The notes under the pieces are model-generated. The model was not told where the DNA came from and ran no database searches. It saw only the letters and a list, made by a program, of their open reading frames with translations. Shown piece after piece: positions 18,076 to 28,700 of a stretch of 64,000 nucleotides of DNA. Numbering within the stretch: position 1 is the first letter of the stretch; every line of letters begins with the position of its first letter. The translations under genes and the position numbers were made by a program. The stretch lies in IMG/VR virus record IMGVR_UViG_3300009184_000029, positions 124,001 to 188,000 of that record, one strand, 5' to 3'.

Positions 18076-21000
18076 ATGGCAGAATCTAATAAAGTTTTCG
18101 TATCTCCAGGTGTATATACATCGGAAAGAGACTTGTCGTTTGTAGCTCAAAGTGTGGGGGTTACAACATTAGGTATTGTTGGTGAAACCTTAAAAGGGCC
18201 AGCATTTGAACCTATCTTTATTACAAGTTATGATGAGTTTTCAACCTATTTTGGTGGAACTTCAGCTGAAAAATTTGTAAATACACAAATTCCTAAATAT
18301 GAATCGGCGTACATTGCTAAGTCATACTTACAACAATCAAATCAATTATTTGTAACAAGAGTACTTGGTTTATCAGGGTATGATGCAGGTCCTTCATGGT
18401 CAATTAAAACAATCGCAAATCCTGATGTTACAACTATGGGATTAAACGGTACCGGAACGTCATATTCCGTAGCGTTCTCAGGAAACACTGGTGGAACATA
18501 TAATTATGTTAGTTCATTCCCATCAATAATTGAATCTAATAGAACTGCAACATATACAACATTTGCTGGAGGTTCATCTACAATCCAAGAATCATTAAAT
18601 ACTTTAATTACAACTTTTCTTGGTAATGTATCGACATCAGCGAACACAATTTATTATTTTGGACCTGTTTCAGGCTATAGTGCATTAGCATCATCGTATA
18701 CTGCGGACACTAATGTATTTGGTGTGGATACCGAATCAACTGCAACAATAAATTACGCTTCAGGTACAAATGACTCTTGGTTCTACTCTAACTGGTCCCC
18801 AACAACAGGAAATGCTTACACGGGATATTCTTTCTATAGTGTGATTACAAATACAAGCGGAGCGACTGCAGGAACTTACACAGGTACTGTGTCAGGAAGA
18901 TACTATCAATTTAGTGGTACTGCTTATGTAGACTATAACAATTTAGTAATTGCAACTTTACGTTCAAGAGGTATTTCAACATACAGTAGTACTAATGGAC
19001 CAACTTATCAAGTTTCAGGAGTGAATAACGTATCATTAATTACGACAGGTTCTTATTCAGGTGTAAGTGAAAATCCATATCTAACATTTAAAGTTAGTGG
19101 TTCAACAATTGAAAATACAAACTTTGAATTTGAAACATCTTTAGATGATAATGATACAAGTTATATGAATAAAGTTTTTGGAAGAACTAACTTCGCAAAA
19201 GACAGAACTACAGTTCCATTATTTGTTGAGGAAATTTATCCAACTATGTTGTCATACGGTTACAATCAAGGATATATCAGAGGTATCAGTTCTAATTTAG
19301 TTAGTTTAAACAGTGCTAGAAGTGCGACTTCAACATCAATTGGTAACTATACTGAAAGATATCAAACCCCAGTTACTCCTTATTTAGTTTCTGAATTAAG
19401 AGGTAATAAAGTTTATCAGTTATTTAGATTTGTTTCAATATCTGACGGTAATGATGCTAATACAGAAATTAAAGTATCTGTTGCTAACATGTCATTTAAT
19501 AACTTAACATTTGATGTTATAGTTAGAGATTTCTATGACACAGATGCTAACCCTGTAGTATTAGAGAAATTTACGAACTGTACAATGGACCCTAATGAAA
19601 ATAGTTTTGTTGGTAAGAAAATTGGTTCTTCTGACGGGGAGTACGCAATAAATTCTAAATTTATAATGGTTGAGGTTAATCCTGAAGCACCAACAACGGC
19701 AATTCCTTGTGGTTTTGAAGGTTATAATACAAGACAATACTCAACTTACCCAACAAACTTACCTCCATTCCCAATTTTAAAAACTAAATACGATTTTCCT
19801 GGTGAAATTATCAGTAATCCTCCATTTGGTTCTACTTCAGGGGATGATGCTGTTACATCAGCAGGTGATAATGTAAGAAGAACTTATTTAGGTTTCTCTA
19901 CTAAAGTTGGTGTTGATACTGATTTCTTACAATATAAAGGTAAGATAAATCCTTCAAATCTTTGTACGGCAACTGAATACGACCAATGGGGTGTAAGAAC
20001 TCAAGGTTTCCACATGGATAGTGGAGCAACTGTAATTACTATCGGAACTTCATTTACAACTTCAGGTGACCCAGCGTTTGATTGTGGTGTGGCATCATTC
20101 CAATCAGAACCAACAACTGAATCAAATCCTTACTACAGATTATATTCTCGTAAGTTCACACTTGTATTCCAAGGAGGTTTTGATGGATGGGACATCTATA
20201 GAGAAAATAGAACAAACCAAGATAGATTTGCATTGGGTGGTTCAGGATTTTTGGCAGGAGCTTGTTCTTCTACAAGATACCCAACCGCATCAGGTAAACT
20301 ATTTAAATCAATAACTGTAGGTGACAACTCAACTGATTGGGCTAATACTGACTACTACGCATACTTATTGGGTATTAGTACTTTCTCAAACCCTGAAGCG
20401 GTTAACATTAACTTGTTTGTTACACCTGGCGTTGATTATACTAATAATAGTGGTGTTGTGGAATACGCGATTGATATGGTTGAGAATGACAGAGCGGATT
20501 CATTGTATATTACGACAACTCCTGACTTTAATTTATATCAACCATCAACAGATATCAGTAATTTAATTTACCCACAAGAAGCGGTTGATAACTTGGAAAC
20601 TACAGGATTAGATTCTAACTATACCGCAACTTACTACCCTTGGGTATTAACAAGAGATACTGTAAATAACACTCAAATTTATTTACCAGCAACCGCTGAG
20701 GTAACAAGAAACTTAGCATTAACCGACAACATTGCGTTCCCTTGGTTCGCAGCCGCGGGTTATACAAGAGGTATTGTAAATGCAGTTAAAGCTCGTAAAA
20801 AGTTAACTCAAGAAGATAGAGATACTCTTTATAAAGGAAGAATTAACCCAATCGCTACTTTCAATGATGTTGGAACTGTAATTTGGGGTAACAAAACTTT
20901 ACAAGTAAGAGAATCAGCTTTAGATAGAATTAACGTAAGAAGATTGTTATTACAAGCACGTAAATTGATTTCAGCGGTAGCTGTAAGGTTATTGTTTGAA

Positions 21001-21234
21001 CAAAATGACGATATTGTTAGACAACAATTCTTGGATTCAGTTAACCCAATCTTAGATGCAATCAGAAGAGACAGAGGTCTTTATGATTTCAGAGTTGTTG
21101 TTCAAAACACTCCTGAAGATTTGGATAGAAACCAAATGGTAGGTAAGATTTATATCAAACCAACTAAGGCTCTTGAATTCATAGATATTGAGTTCTTAAT
21201 CACTCCATCAGGAGCGTCTTTTGAAAATATCTAA
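18076..21234 (+). CDS. Contractile tail sheath protein
   Basis: VSPGVYTSERD N-terminus, GETLKGPAFEP, PWFAAAGYTRG, RINPI, WGNKT, DRINVRRL, IKPTKALEFIDIEF. Confidence 0.95.
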   Translation: MAESNKVFVSPGVYTSERDLSFVAQSVGVTTLGIVGETLKGPAFEPIFITSYDEFSTYFGGTSAEKFVNTQIPKYESAYIAKSYLQQSNQLFVTRVLGLSGYDAGPSWSIKTIANPDVTTMGLNGTGTSYSVAFSGNTGGTYNYVSSFPSIIESNRTATYTTFAGGSSTIQESLNTLITTFLGNVSTSANTIYYFGPVSGYSALASSYTADTNVFGVDTESTATINYASGTNDSWFYSNWSPTTGNAYTGYSFYSVITNTSGATAGTYTGTVSGRYYQFSGTAYVDYNNLVIATLRSRGISTYSSTNGPTYQVSGVNNVSLITTGSYSGVSENPYLTFKVSGSTIENTNFEFETSLDDNDTSYMNKVFGRTNFAKDRTTVPLFVEEIYPTMLSYGYNQGYIRGISSNLVSLNSARSATSTSIGNYTERYQTPVTPYLVSELRGNKVYQLFRFVSISDGNDANTEIKVSVANMSFNNLTFDVIVRDFYDTDANPVVLEKFTNCTMDPNENSFVGKKIGSSDGEYAINSKFIMVEVNPEAPTTAIPCGFEGYNTRQYSTYPTNLPPFPILKTKYDFPGEIISNPPFGSTSGDDAVTSAGDNVRRTYLGFSTKVGVDTDFLQYKGKINPSNLCTATEYDQWGVRTQGFHMDSGATVITIGTSFTTSGDPAFDCGVASFQSEPTTESNPYYRLYSRKFTLVFQGGFDGWDIYRENRTNQDRFALGGSGFLAGACSSTRYPTASGKLFKSITVGDNSTDWANTDYYAYLLGISTFSNPEAVNINLFVTPGVDYTNNSGVVEYAIDMVENDRADSLYITTTPDFNLYQPSTDISNLIYPQEAVDNLETTGLDSNYTATYYPWVLTRDTVNNTQIYLPATAEVTRNLALTDNIAFPWFAAAGYTRGIVNAVKARKKLTQEDRDTLYKGRINPIATFNDVGTVIWGNKTLQVRESALDRINVRRLLLQARKLISAVAVRLLFEQNDDIVRQQFLDSVNPILDAIRRDRGLYDFRVVVQNTPEDLDRNQMVGKIYIKPTKALEFIDIEFLITPSGASFENI

Positions 21235-21248
21235 AATTAACTAACTAT

Positions 21249-21278
21249 AAAAAAACCCTCACGAAAGTGGGGGTTTTT
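21249..21278 (+). terminator. Intrinsic terminator after sheath
   Basis: AAAAACCCTCAC-GAAA-GTGGGGGTTTTT hairpin with GNRA loop and T-tract. Confidence 0.85.
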
Positions 21279-21289
21279 AATTTAAAGAA

Positions 21290-21296
21290 TATTTAT
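21290..21296 (+). promoter_or_regulatory. TATTTAT putative late promoter
   Basis: 4 nt before ATG 21301. Confidence 0.55.
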
Positions 21297-21300
21297 AATT

Positions 21301-22125
21301 ATGAAATTGTATATCGTCGAAAAAATGGATGAAAAAAATACACCCGATATGGATTATTGGGCGTTTGATTGGGATGATAATATTATGATTATGCCAACTA
21401 AAATTGTTGTTAAAGACTCTAATGGTAAGGAAATTGGAATGTCAACTGAAGATTGGGCAGAATATAAAGATATTGTTGGTAAAGAAGATTTTGAATATGA
21501 AGGTCATACTATTGTAGGTTTGGCAAATAACCCTTTTAGATATTTTAGGACTGAATATGATAAAATGTTCACAATAGATGCTATGTTAGGTAAATTAGGT
21601 CCTGCTTGGGATGACTTTAAAAACGCAATAAATGGAGGTTCTATTTTTGCAATCATCACTGCTAGAGGACATTCTCCATTAAAGATAAGAAGTACCATTG
21701 AAAAAATGATTGACGGTAATTTCAGGGGTATTTCTAAAAAAGAACTTGTTAAAAATTTAAGAAAGTATAGAAGTATTGCTGGTGAAGAAGATATGCCTGA
21801 TGATAAGTTAATTGACGCTTACATGGATATGAATAGATATTATCCTGTGACTTTTGAATCGGGAAGTGTCCAATCTCCGGCGGAATTAAAAAATGAAAAA
21901 TTAAGAGAGTTTGAGGAGTATGTGAAATATATCGCTAATATTGTTCATAAACCTGCACACTTTAAAAATATGGTTTCAAATAAATTTGCACCAGTGATAC
22001 ATTTTTCAGATGACGATGAAACTAATTTAGAATATTCATATAAGAGAAACAAAGACAGACCAGATAACATTATTAATTATGTTACTACCAAAGGAGGAGT
22101 TAAAAAACCTTATGAATTAAAATAA
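21301..22125 (+). CDS. HAD-superfamily hydrolase/phosphatase
   Basis: Motif I AFDWDDN, motif II IITARG, motif III Lys, motif IV FSDDD. Confidence 0.75.
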   Translation: MKLYIVEKMDEKNTPDMDYWAFDWDDNIMIMPTKIVVKDSNGKEIGMSTEDWAEYKDIVGKEDFEYEGHTIVGLANNPFRYFRTEYDKMFTIDAMLGKLGPAWDDFKNAINGGSIFAIITARGHSPLKIRSTIEKMIDGNFRGISKKELVKNLRKYRSIAGEEDMPDDKLIDAYMDMNRYYPVTFESGSVQSPAELKNEKLREFEEYVKYIANIVHKPAHFKNMVSNKFAPVIHFSDDDETNLEYSYKRNKDRPDNIINYVTTKGGVKKPYELK

Positions 22126-22196
22126 ATAATTTGCTAGGTATATTGCAATTATCCCCAAAAAAAAACTAAAGTAAATAAAAAATCTTTTTATTGGTA

Positions 22197-22208
22197 TATT
22201 TATAAATA
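22197..22208 (+). promoter_or_regulatory. TATTTAT putative late promoter (tube), inside palindrome TATTTATAAATA
   Basis: 31 nt before ATG 22235, A-rich leader. Confidence 0.55.
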
Positions 22209-22234
22209 AATAAAACGAAAAAAAATTAAATGAT

Positions 22235-22723
22235 ATGGCAGATTTGCTAATGAAAATGCCCGTACCTTACGAGCCAAAAAGACAGAATAGATTTATTCTA
22301 AGATTTCCGTCTTCGTTGGGTATTAACGAATGGTTCGTACAAGCAGCGTCAAGACCAACTATAACAATCGGTTCAACTCCGATTCCGTTTTTGAATACTG
22401 AAACATATGTTGCAGGAAGATTTAAGTGGAGTACTATACAAGTTACATTTATTGACCCAATCGGTCCTTCGGCGTCTCAAGCTTTGATGGAATGGGTTAG
22501 ATTACACGCTGAGTCTGTTACAGGTCGTATGGGATACGCCGCAGGTTATAAGAAAAATGTTGATTTAGAAATGTTAGACCCAACAGGAGTTGTGATTGAA
22601 AAGTGGATTTTGGAAGGTTGTTTTATAACAAACGCTGGTTTCGGGTCACTTGGTTACGCTAATGAAGGTTTGGTTAATATTCAGGTAACACTACAACCTG
22701 ATAGATGTATTTTAGTTTACTAA
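22235..22723 (+). CDS. Tail tube protein (T4 gp19-like)
   Basis: YEPKRQNRF, AGRFKWSTIQVTFIDP, EWVRL, GYKKNV, LDPTGVVIEKWILEG; 162 aa downstream of sheath. Confidence 0.9.
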   Translation: MADLLMKMPVPYEPKRQNRFILRFPSSLGINEWFVQAASRPTITIGSTPIPFLNTETYVAGRFKWSTIQVTFIDPIGPSASQALMEWVRLHAESVTGRMGYAAGYKKNVDLEMLDPTGVVIEKWILEGCFITNAGFGSLGYANEGLVNIQVTLQPDRCILVY

Positions 22724-22747
22724 AAAATTAATTACTATTATATTTTT

Positions 22748-22774
22748 AAAAAAGTCCTTAATGGGCTTTTTTTT
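22748..22774 (+). terminator. Intrinsic terminator after tube
   Basis: AAAAGTCC-TTAAT-GGGCTTTTTTTT. Confidence 0.7.
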
Positions 22775-22817
22775 GTTTACAAATAATTTTTTAAGTATAC
22801 TTTTTTAATAAAAAAAA

Positions 22818-23570
22818 ATGGACGCGAAACAAGCTGGACAAATGGATTTTAATTTACCACATGATGTGGTAGAGTTACCTTCAAGAGGGATTTTTTATAA
22901 ATCTAAGAAAAAATCTTTAAAGGTTGGTTATTTAACGGCAAATGATGAAAATATTTTGGCTAACGCTCGTAAAAACGGGGGACAAAATATTATCCAATCA
23001 TTATTAAGAAGTAAAATATATGAAACCGAAATTAAACCTGAAGAATTATTATCAGGTGATGTTGAGGCAATCCTTATCTTTTTAAGAAATACTTCATTTG
23101 GACCTGAATATACTTTTGAGGTTGCTGATGACGATGGTAAGAAGTTTGAAACAACTGTAACTATCGATGAATTAAATATAAGAAAACCCGAAGTGAATCC
23201 AAATGAAGACGGGACTTTTACAACGACATTACCAAAGTCAGGTTATTCTGTAAAATTAAGACCACTTACTTTTGGTGAAAATGTCGATTTAGAAAAAATG
23301 GAAGATTCATATCCGACTGGACTTGTCGCTCCGACAATAACATGGAGATTAAATAAAATGATTGTTGAGGTTAATGGAGATAGTAATATGGAGACAATTT
23401 CTTCATTTATTAATAATTTACCTATTATGGACTCTAAATATATTAGAAGTTTCATTGACATAAACGAACCAAAGTTAGACTTAGCAAGAGAAGTATTTAC
23501 CCCGTCAGGAAAAAGGAAGAAAGTATTAGTTTCCTTTGGGGTTGACTTTTTTCGGCCTTTCTTCAGCTAG
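22818..23570 (+). CDS. Tail/baseplate-hub assembly chaperone (T4 gp26-like)
   Basis: VELPSRG, LTANDENIL, GDVEAILIFLR...GPEY, C-terminal DFFRP; located between tube and tape measure. Confidence 0.75.
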   Translation: MDAKQAGQMDFNLPHDVVELPSRGIFYKSKKKSLKVGYLTANDENILANARKNGGQNIIQSLLRSKIYETEIKPEELLSGDVEAILIFLRNTSFGPEYTFEVADDDGKKFETTVTIDELNIRKPEVNPNEDGTFTTTLPKSGYSVKLRPLTFGENVDLEKMEDSYPTGLVAPTITWRLNKMIVEVNGDSNMETISSFINNLPIMDSKYIRSFIDINEPKLDLAREVFTPSGKRKKVLVSFGVDFFRPFFS

Positions 23571-23709
23571 TCTAGAAAATCATATTTACGAGTATTATAT
23601 TTTAGCTCACTATTTACGGACATCATATTCTGACTTTATGTCTATGCCAAGTTATTTTAGGAAGACCCTAATAAGTAAGGTTATAGAAAAAAATAAAAAA
23701 ACAGATTAG
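23548..23709 (+). CDS. +1-frame extension of chaperone (gp51/GT-like), probably via programmed frameshift
   Basis: FFGLSSASLENHIYEYYILAHYLRTSYSDFMSMPSYFRKTLISKVIEKNKKTD*; no 5' ATG; overlaps slippery TTT TTT CGG. Confidence 0.6.
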   Translation, partial: FFGLSSASLENHIYEYYILAHYLRTSYSDFMSMPSYFRKTLISKVIEKNKKTD

Positions 23710-23711
23710 GG

Positions 23712-23718
23712 TATTTAT
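23712..23718 (+). promoter_or_regulatory. TATTTAT putative late promoter
   Basis: 16 nt before ATG 23735. Confidence 0.5.
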
Positions 23719-23734
23719 TTTATAAAGAACTTAT

Positions 23735-25729
23735 ATGGCGAAAACTGAAGGTGACGGTGAAGGTGAAAAAAGTACAAATTTCATCAAAAATTTAGGAGAC
23801 GAGATAAAAAAATCGTTATCTTTTGATGCGGTCAATGAACAAGCCAAAACTTTATACAAAAATGTTAATGAGGTAGTTAAAGAAATGGGTATTGGTCGTG
23901 AAAACGCCTATGCTCTTACTGTTGAATTAGGTGATGCGGAATCTAAAATAACCGCTTTAGGAGGTTCTTTAAAGGATGCTGTCGATATCCAAAAGGAATT
24001 TATGACTACAACAAATCAACAGTCTATATTGTCGGCACAAATTCTTGAGGATGTATATGAAACATCTAAAGCTTTAGGAACAACATCAAGTAGTTTTATT
24101 AAATCATTTGAAGTTGTTGGAGGGTCAATTGAAAAATTCACCGAAAACATGAGTCAAGTAAGTCAGATTGCTGCGTCGTTTGGTGTAAATGCTAAAGCGG
24201 TATCAAGTGATGTGTTATCTAATATTGATTTGTTAGACAATTATGATTTTTCTAATGGTGTTGAAGGATTAGCTAATATGGCTTCAACCATGAGTCAGTT
24301 AAAATATTCTTTAGACGATGTTGAAAGGGTTACAAACGCTTTATTAGACCCAAGTAAGGCTTTGAATTTCTCTCAAAAAATGGCGAGTTTAGGTAGTCAG
24401 AATAGAGAATTGACGGATAATTTAAATGTCCAAATGATGGCATTAGAAAATCCTGAAAAGTTAATGAAAAATATTACTGAGGAATTTGCTAAATTTTATC
24501 AGAAACAAGAGGACGGAACATATAAGTTATCAAAACAGGGTCTTTTATTAATGGGAGATTTCTCACAAGCGGCAGGTATTAGTAGTGATAAATTAAGAGT
24601 GGCTTCAAAAGAAATGTTAGAAATTAAAGACAAGATGGGTCAAATAACTTTACCAACATTAGAATCTGACGAAGCGACTAAGAATTATATCTCTCAGATG
24701 TCTAAAATAGGTAAAGACGGTAAGGCGGTTATCACTTTTGAGGCAAAAGATGAACGAGGAATGATTGAAAAGGTAACTAAAACATTAGATGAGTTGACTA
24801 CTAGTGACGCTGAAATGTTGAAGATACAAATGGAGGAACAGGCTAAAAAAACATCTGAAGAAAAAATTGTCGAACAAATGACTCCTGAGGAAAGAGAAAA
24901 GGCGTTAAGAGATTCAATAAGTGCGGCAATTAAAAATGGATTTGCAACAACGAAAGTTGTACAAGGTGCAATTGAATTAAAGAAAGATGCTATTGAATTA
25001 ATGTTAAAACCGTTATCTGCGGCAATTGATAGTAGTTCAATTAGAAAGGCAGGTGATACAGTCGCAACAACTATTGCTGATTTAAGTGGTAGTATTAAAA
25101 AATTTGTTAAAGGTCAATCTGATTTATCAGGGGCGTTTGATGGGGTTAAAAGTAGTGCTACAGTATTGGAAGGGATAATGAGTGGACAATTAAAGAAGGG
25201 ACTTGAAACTTTTGATGAATCATTATCTAAAATAAATATAGATGACTATAACCAATTTGGTTTGGTTATAAAAGAAATAACAGGAAAGAAAACAGGTGAT
25301 TTAACTGATTTAAGGTCAGTTATTAAGGAAGAGTTGTTTACAATGAATACCAAACAGAAAGACGCGATTATTTCTGACGGTATGGTCATACCTTATGATG
25401 AGGGTGATGTTGCTGCGGTCTTTAAAGAAAGAGGTTCTGAAATGAGTATTGACGATGTTAAAAAAACCGTAGATAATACAAAAACACCGGCTCAAGATTT
25501 TGTAAATCAGTATGTTGGTACCGTAAATAAAACTGAAAATATTGATAAAAAAATTATTGAAGGAGACGCTTCAATAACTATAAATTTCAAGGCTGACAAT
25601 AATAAAGATATCGAATACCAATTAATGGAAAAATTAAAAGATTTATCATTTGTCCAAGAAGTCAAAAATAAATTAAATGGTTCATTAATGGAAAAAATAT
25701 CTGGCGGACTTTTGGAAAATAAAAAATAA
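23735..25729 (+). CDS. Putative tape measure protein
   Basis: 664 aa, helical A/E/K/L/M-rich, canonical position after chaperone. Confidence 0.6.
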   Translation: MAKTEGDGEGEKSTNFIKNLGDEIKKSLSFDAVNEQAKTLYKNVNEVVKEMGIGRENAYALTVELGDAESKITALGGSLKDAVDIQKEFMTTTNQQSILSAQILEDVYETSKALGTTSSSFIKSFEVVGGSIEKFTENMSQVSQIAASFGVNAKAVSSDVLSNIDLLDNYDFSNGVEGLANMASTMSQLKYSLDDVERVTNALLDPSKALNFSQKMASLGSQNRELTDNLNVQMMALENPEKLMKNITEEFAKFYQKQEDGTYKLSKQGLLLMGDFSQAAGISSDKLRVASKEMLEIKDKMGQITLPTLESDEATKNYISQMSKIGKDGKAVITFEAKDERGMIEKVTKTLDELTTSDAEMLKIQMEEQAKKTSEEKIVEQMTPEEREKALRDSISAAIKNGFATTKVVQGAIELKKDAIELMLKPLSAAIDSSSIRKAGDTVATTIADLSGSIKKFVKGQSDLSGAFDGVKSSATVLEGIMSGQLKKGLETFDESLSKINIDDYNQFGLVIKEITGKKTGDLTDLRSVIKEELFTMNTKQKDAIISDGMVIPYDEGDVAAVFKERGSEMSIDDVKKTVDNTKTPAQDFVNQYVGTVNKTENIDKKIIEGDASITINFKADNNKDIEYQLMEKLKDLSFVQEVKNKLNGSLMEKISGGLLENKK

Positions 25730-25751
25730 GACAAAAAATACCATCGGTTTC

Positions 25752-25758
25752 TATTTAT
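25752..25758 (+). promoter_or_regulatory. TATTTAT putative late promoter
   Basis: 12 nt before ATG 25771. Confidence 0.5.
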
Positions 25759-25770
25759 TAAAAAAAAAGA

Positions 25771-28700
25771 ATGTCAGAAAACTTACTTACTTTACAGGGT
25801 TCAGAACAATTCAGAAAGAGTCTAATTACAAGAAATTTAGCACCTTATAATGTACAAGGTGTTTATACTCCACCTAATTTTCCACAAAATTTTGAAACTG
25901 TATTAAGTGATAGTAGTGTTGTTGATGCTCCTGAAATAGAAGAAAGTGTTGGTGGAGGAGGGAACATATCCCAAGTTTCATTAGCAACAAGATATAATAC
26001 ATATGGACCTGGAGGTGAGAGAAATAGAGTAGACGCTGCTGACCAAATATCTTTACCAAGTCAAAATCAGGGTGTTGAAACTAATGGACAAGTTTCTTTT
26101 ATTGCAAATAACCAACCTTACCAACTTGCTGAGACTCAATTAGATTTAATTAATGAATTTTTCATTGATGCTGCATTTATTGAAAATAAATACGGACCCG
26201 AAGGAGGGTTTAAAAACATGTATTTTGTCACTTCAATACAATCTAATGACAATATATATGCAAATTATTGGGGACCACCTTCATTCGTTCCTTCATTCTA
26301 TTCTGTATACCAAATCTTAACATCTGACAACCCACAAGGGAGTGTTGGTTCATTAAGTCAAGATTCTTATCTTGCTAAAATAGGGGCACAGTATTTAAAA
26401 AATGCGTTCCAAGAAAGAATTGCTCAACAAATTGAAAATGATACTATAGGTCGAGTTAATTTAGATGCGTTACAGGACCCATTTACTGCTATTGAAGTTT
26501 TAAGAGGTGCTGAACCATTAGTTGAAAGAAACTATAGAATTACCGTACCTAACGGACCTATCGCTCGAAGTATTGATATTTTAACACAGGTTACAGGAAC
26601 TTATATTCCCGCTTCACCGATACCCGGAGATTATTTTGGTTTTGTACAAAGAAGCGCCGGTCCTCTTAGACAAATTATTGGTTCGGTTTCAAAACTATTT
26701 AATTTTACACCTGCCGACTCAGGTTCTGAATTATTTTTTAAAAATACTGGTTCAGGTCAAATAACATTTTTATTTAGAAATATTGATAGTAATCTATATA
26801 AACCAAATTACGATAGAAGTTTATTAGGTACTGTAATAGGTTTATTGAATGACGCTACAGATAGAAATGTTAGTATTGGTACTTTTTACGTTGGTTCACC
26901 TAACAGTAATCCATCTTTAATTGATTCACCTCTTAAAGATTCTCCTGATAATGCCTTTGGTCAAAATACTCAATCGATGGTTTACGGACCTGATAAGATG
27001 AGTAAACTTTATGAAGGGTCTCAAAATAATTTTAATTTTGGACTTGCAGGTAAAAGTACCATTGATGGAGGAGGAATTGACGGAGGGTTTACTTGGACTT
27101 CCCCAAAGTATAAAGATAATGCTGGATTCACAGTCGGACCTGGAGGTAAGAATGTAGCTCAAGACCCTGATTATAAATCAATCAGTTCTCAATTAACATC
27201 TAATGAGTCGACTAATTATACATTTAAGACAAATTCTTTATTAGATAATACACAAAGAATAATTGACTCAACACCATCAGATTCGAACAGGTATTCTCAT
27301 GCGGGTAACGCAATTTCAAATATATCTAAAGTTTTTAACGATGGATATAAAGAAATTACAAAGGGTTCTAAAGTAAAAAAATATGTAAATCAAAATGGTG
27401 CTGAAGTAGGCACTGAGTATTGTAGATTATTTACAAAAGACACTCCTTACTTGACTTATAATGATTTACAAAAAACTGTCGCTAATACTTCAGGTTCAGA
27501 ATTAAATGGTAATATTAGAAAATTTAGTTATTCCGTTTTAGACTCTACTTATAATTTGAATATTGCACCTTTTAAAAATCCGGGTTCAACAAACATTCTT
27601 AATAACAAAGTTAAAAAATACATGTTTTCATTAGAAAATTTGGCTTGGAGAACATCAAAGAAACCTGGTTTTACTTATAATGATTTACCTGTATGTGAAA
27701 GAGGGCCAAATGGAGGTAGAATTATGTGGTTTCCACCATATAATTTAACATTTAGTGAAACTGTTACACCATCTTTTGAAAGTCAGGATTTTATAGGAAG
27801 ACCTGAACCTATTTACACTTACAAAAATACAAAAAGGGGAGGTTCAATAGGATTTAAAATGATTGTTGACCATCCATCAGTATTAAATTTAATAGTAAAT
27901 AAAGTTTTAGCAAAAGAATCTAATCGACAAATTGTTAATGAAATTGTTGATTCATTTTTTTCAGGGTGTAAAAAATATGACATTTATGATTTAGCGGCTA
28001 AATTTAATACATTACCGTTATCTGATTTAATTGCTGTTCAGGAAATCATAAATGAACAGAATATACCTATAGAACAAATACAAGATGCTTTAAATGAGAT
28101 TTCATCACCTGGAAATAATGGTACTGACAATCCCGATGCGGCTTCAAACCCGTCTCCTGAATTGGGTGATTTTACAACATATGAAAACATTGGATTTTAT
28201 TTTGACAATGATATACCTGGTCCGTCAACAGTAGAGGAAGTTAGTGGTTCTTTTGAGGAGTACTATAACACTTACATTACAAAGTTAAGTACGTACCAAT
28301 CTAATTCAACTACTGAAGAAAAACCAAAAATGCAACCATTTTTTGATGATGTGGTTAAGTGGAATTTTGACCAAGTTAAGGAAATGATAAAACAATTATA
28401 TCCTATATTAAGTCAACAACAAGCAACAGTTACATTAATTATGGATGGCAGTGCTTCTCCAGTTGCGTCTGCGGCTTATAATAAGAAGATTGCTAAAAGA
28501 AGATTAAGTTCGGTTAAAAATTTCTTTAAAACGTATGAATTAGATTTAGGTAATGAAGTAATGTCTTTAAAGGATTTTGTTGATAAAACTTTATTGTTTA
28601 CAACAACTGCTTTAGGTGAAAATACAAATGCAACCCCAAAGGCAAGTTTTGGAAATGTGGATACATTCTCATGTTCTGACACACCTGGAGACCCAAATTA

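Noticed and set aside
22772-22803. Sigma70 promoter TTTACA...TATACT before chaperone
   Set aside because: Spacing is only 14 nt and it overlaps the terminator T-tract; not supportable
23568-23633. TAG read-through or stop-codon reassignment (code 15/4)
   Set aside because: Code 11 gives dense full-length genes; in-frame read-through of TAG 23568 ends after about 20 codons, whereas the +1 frame fills the whole gap
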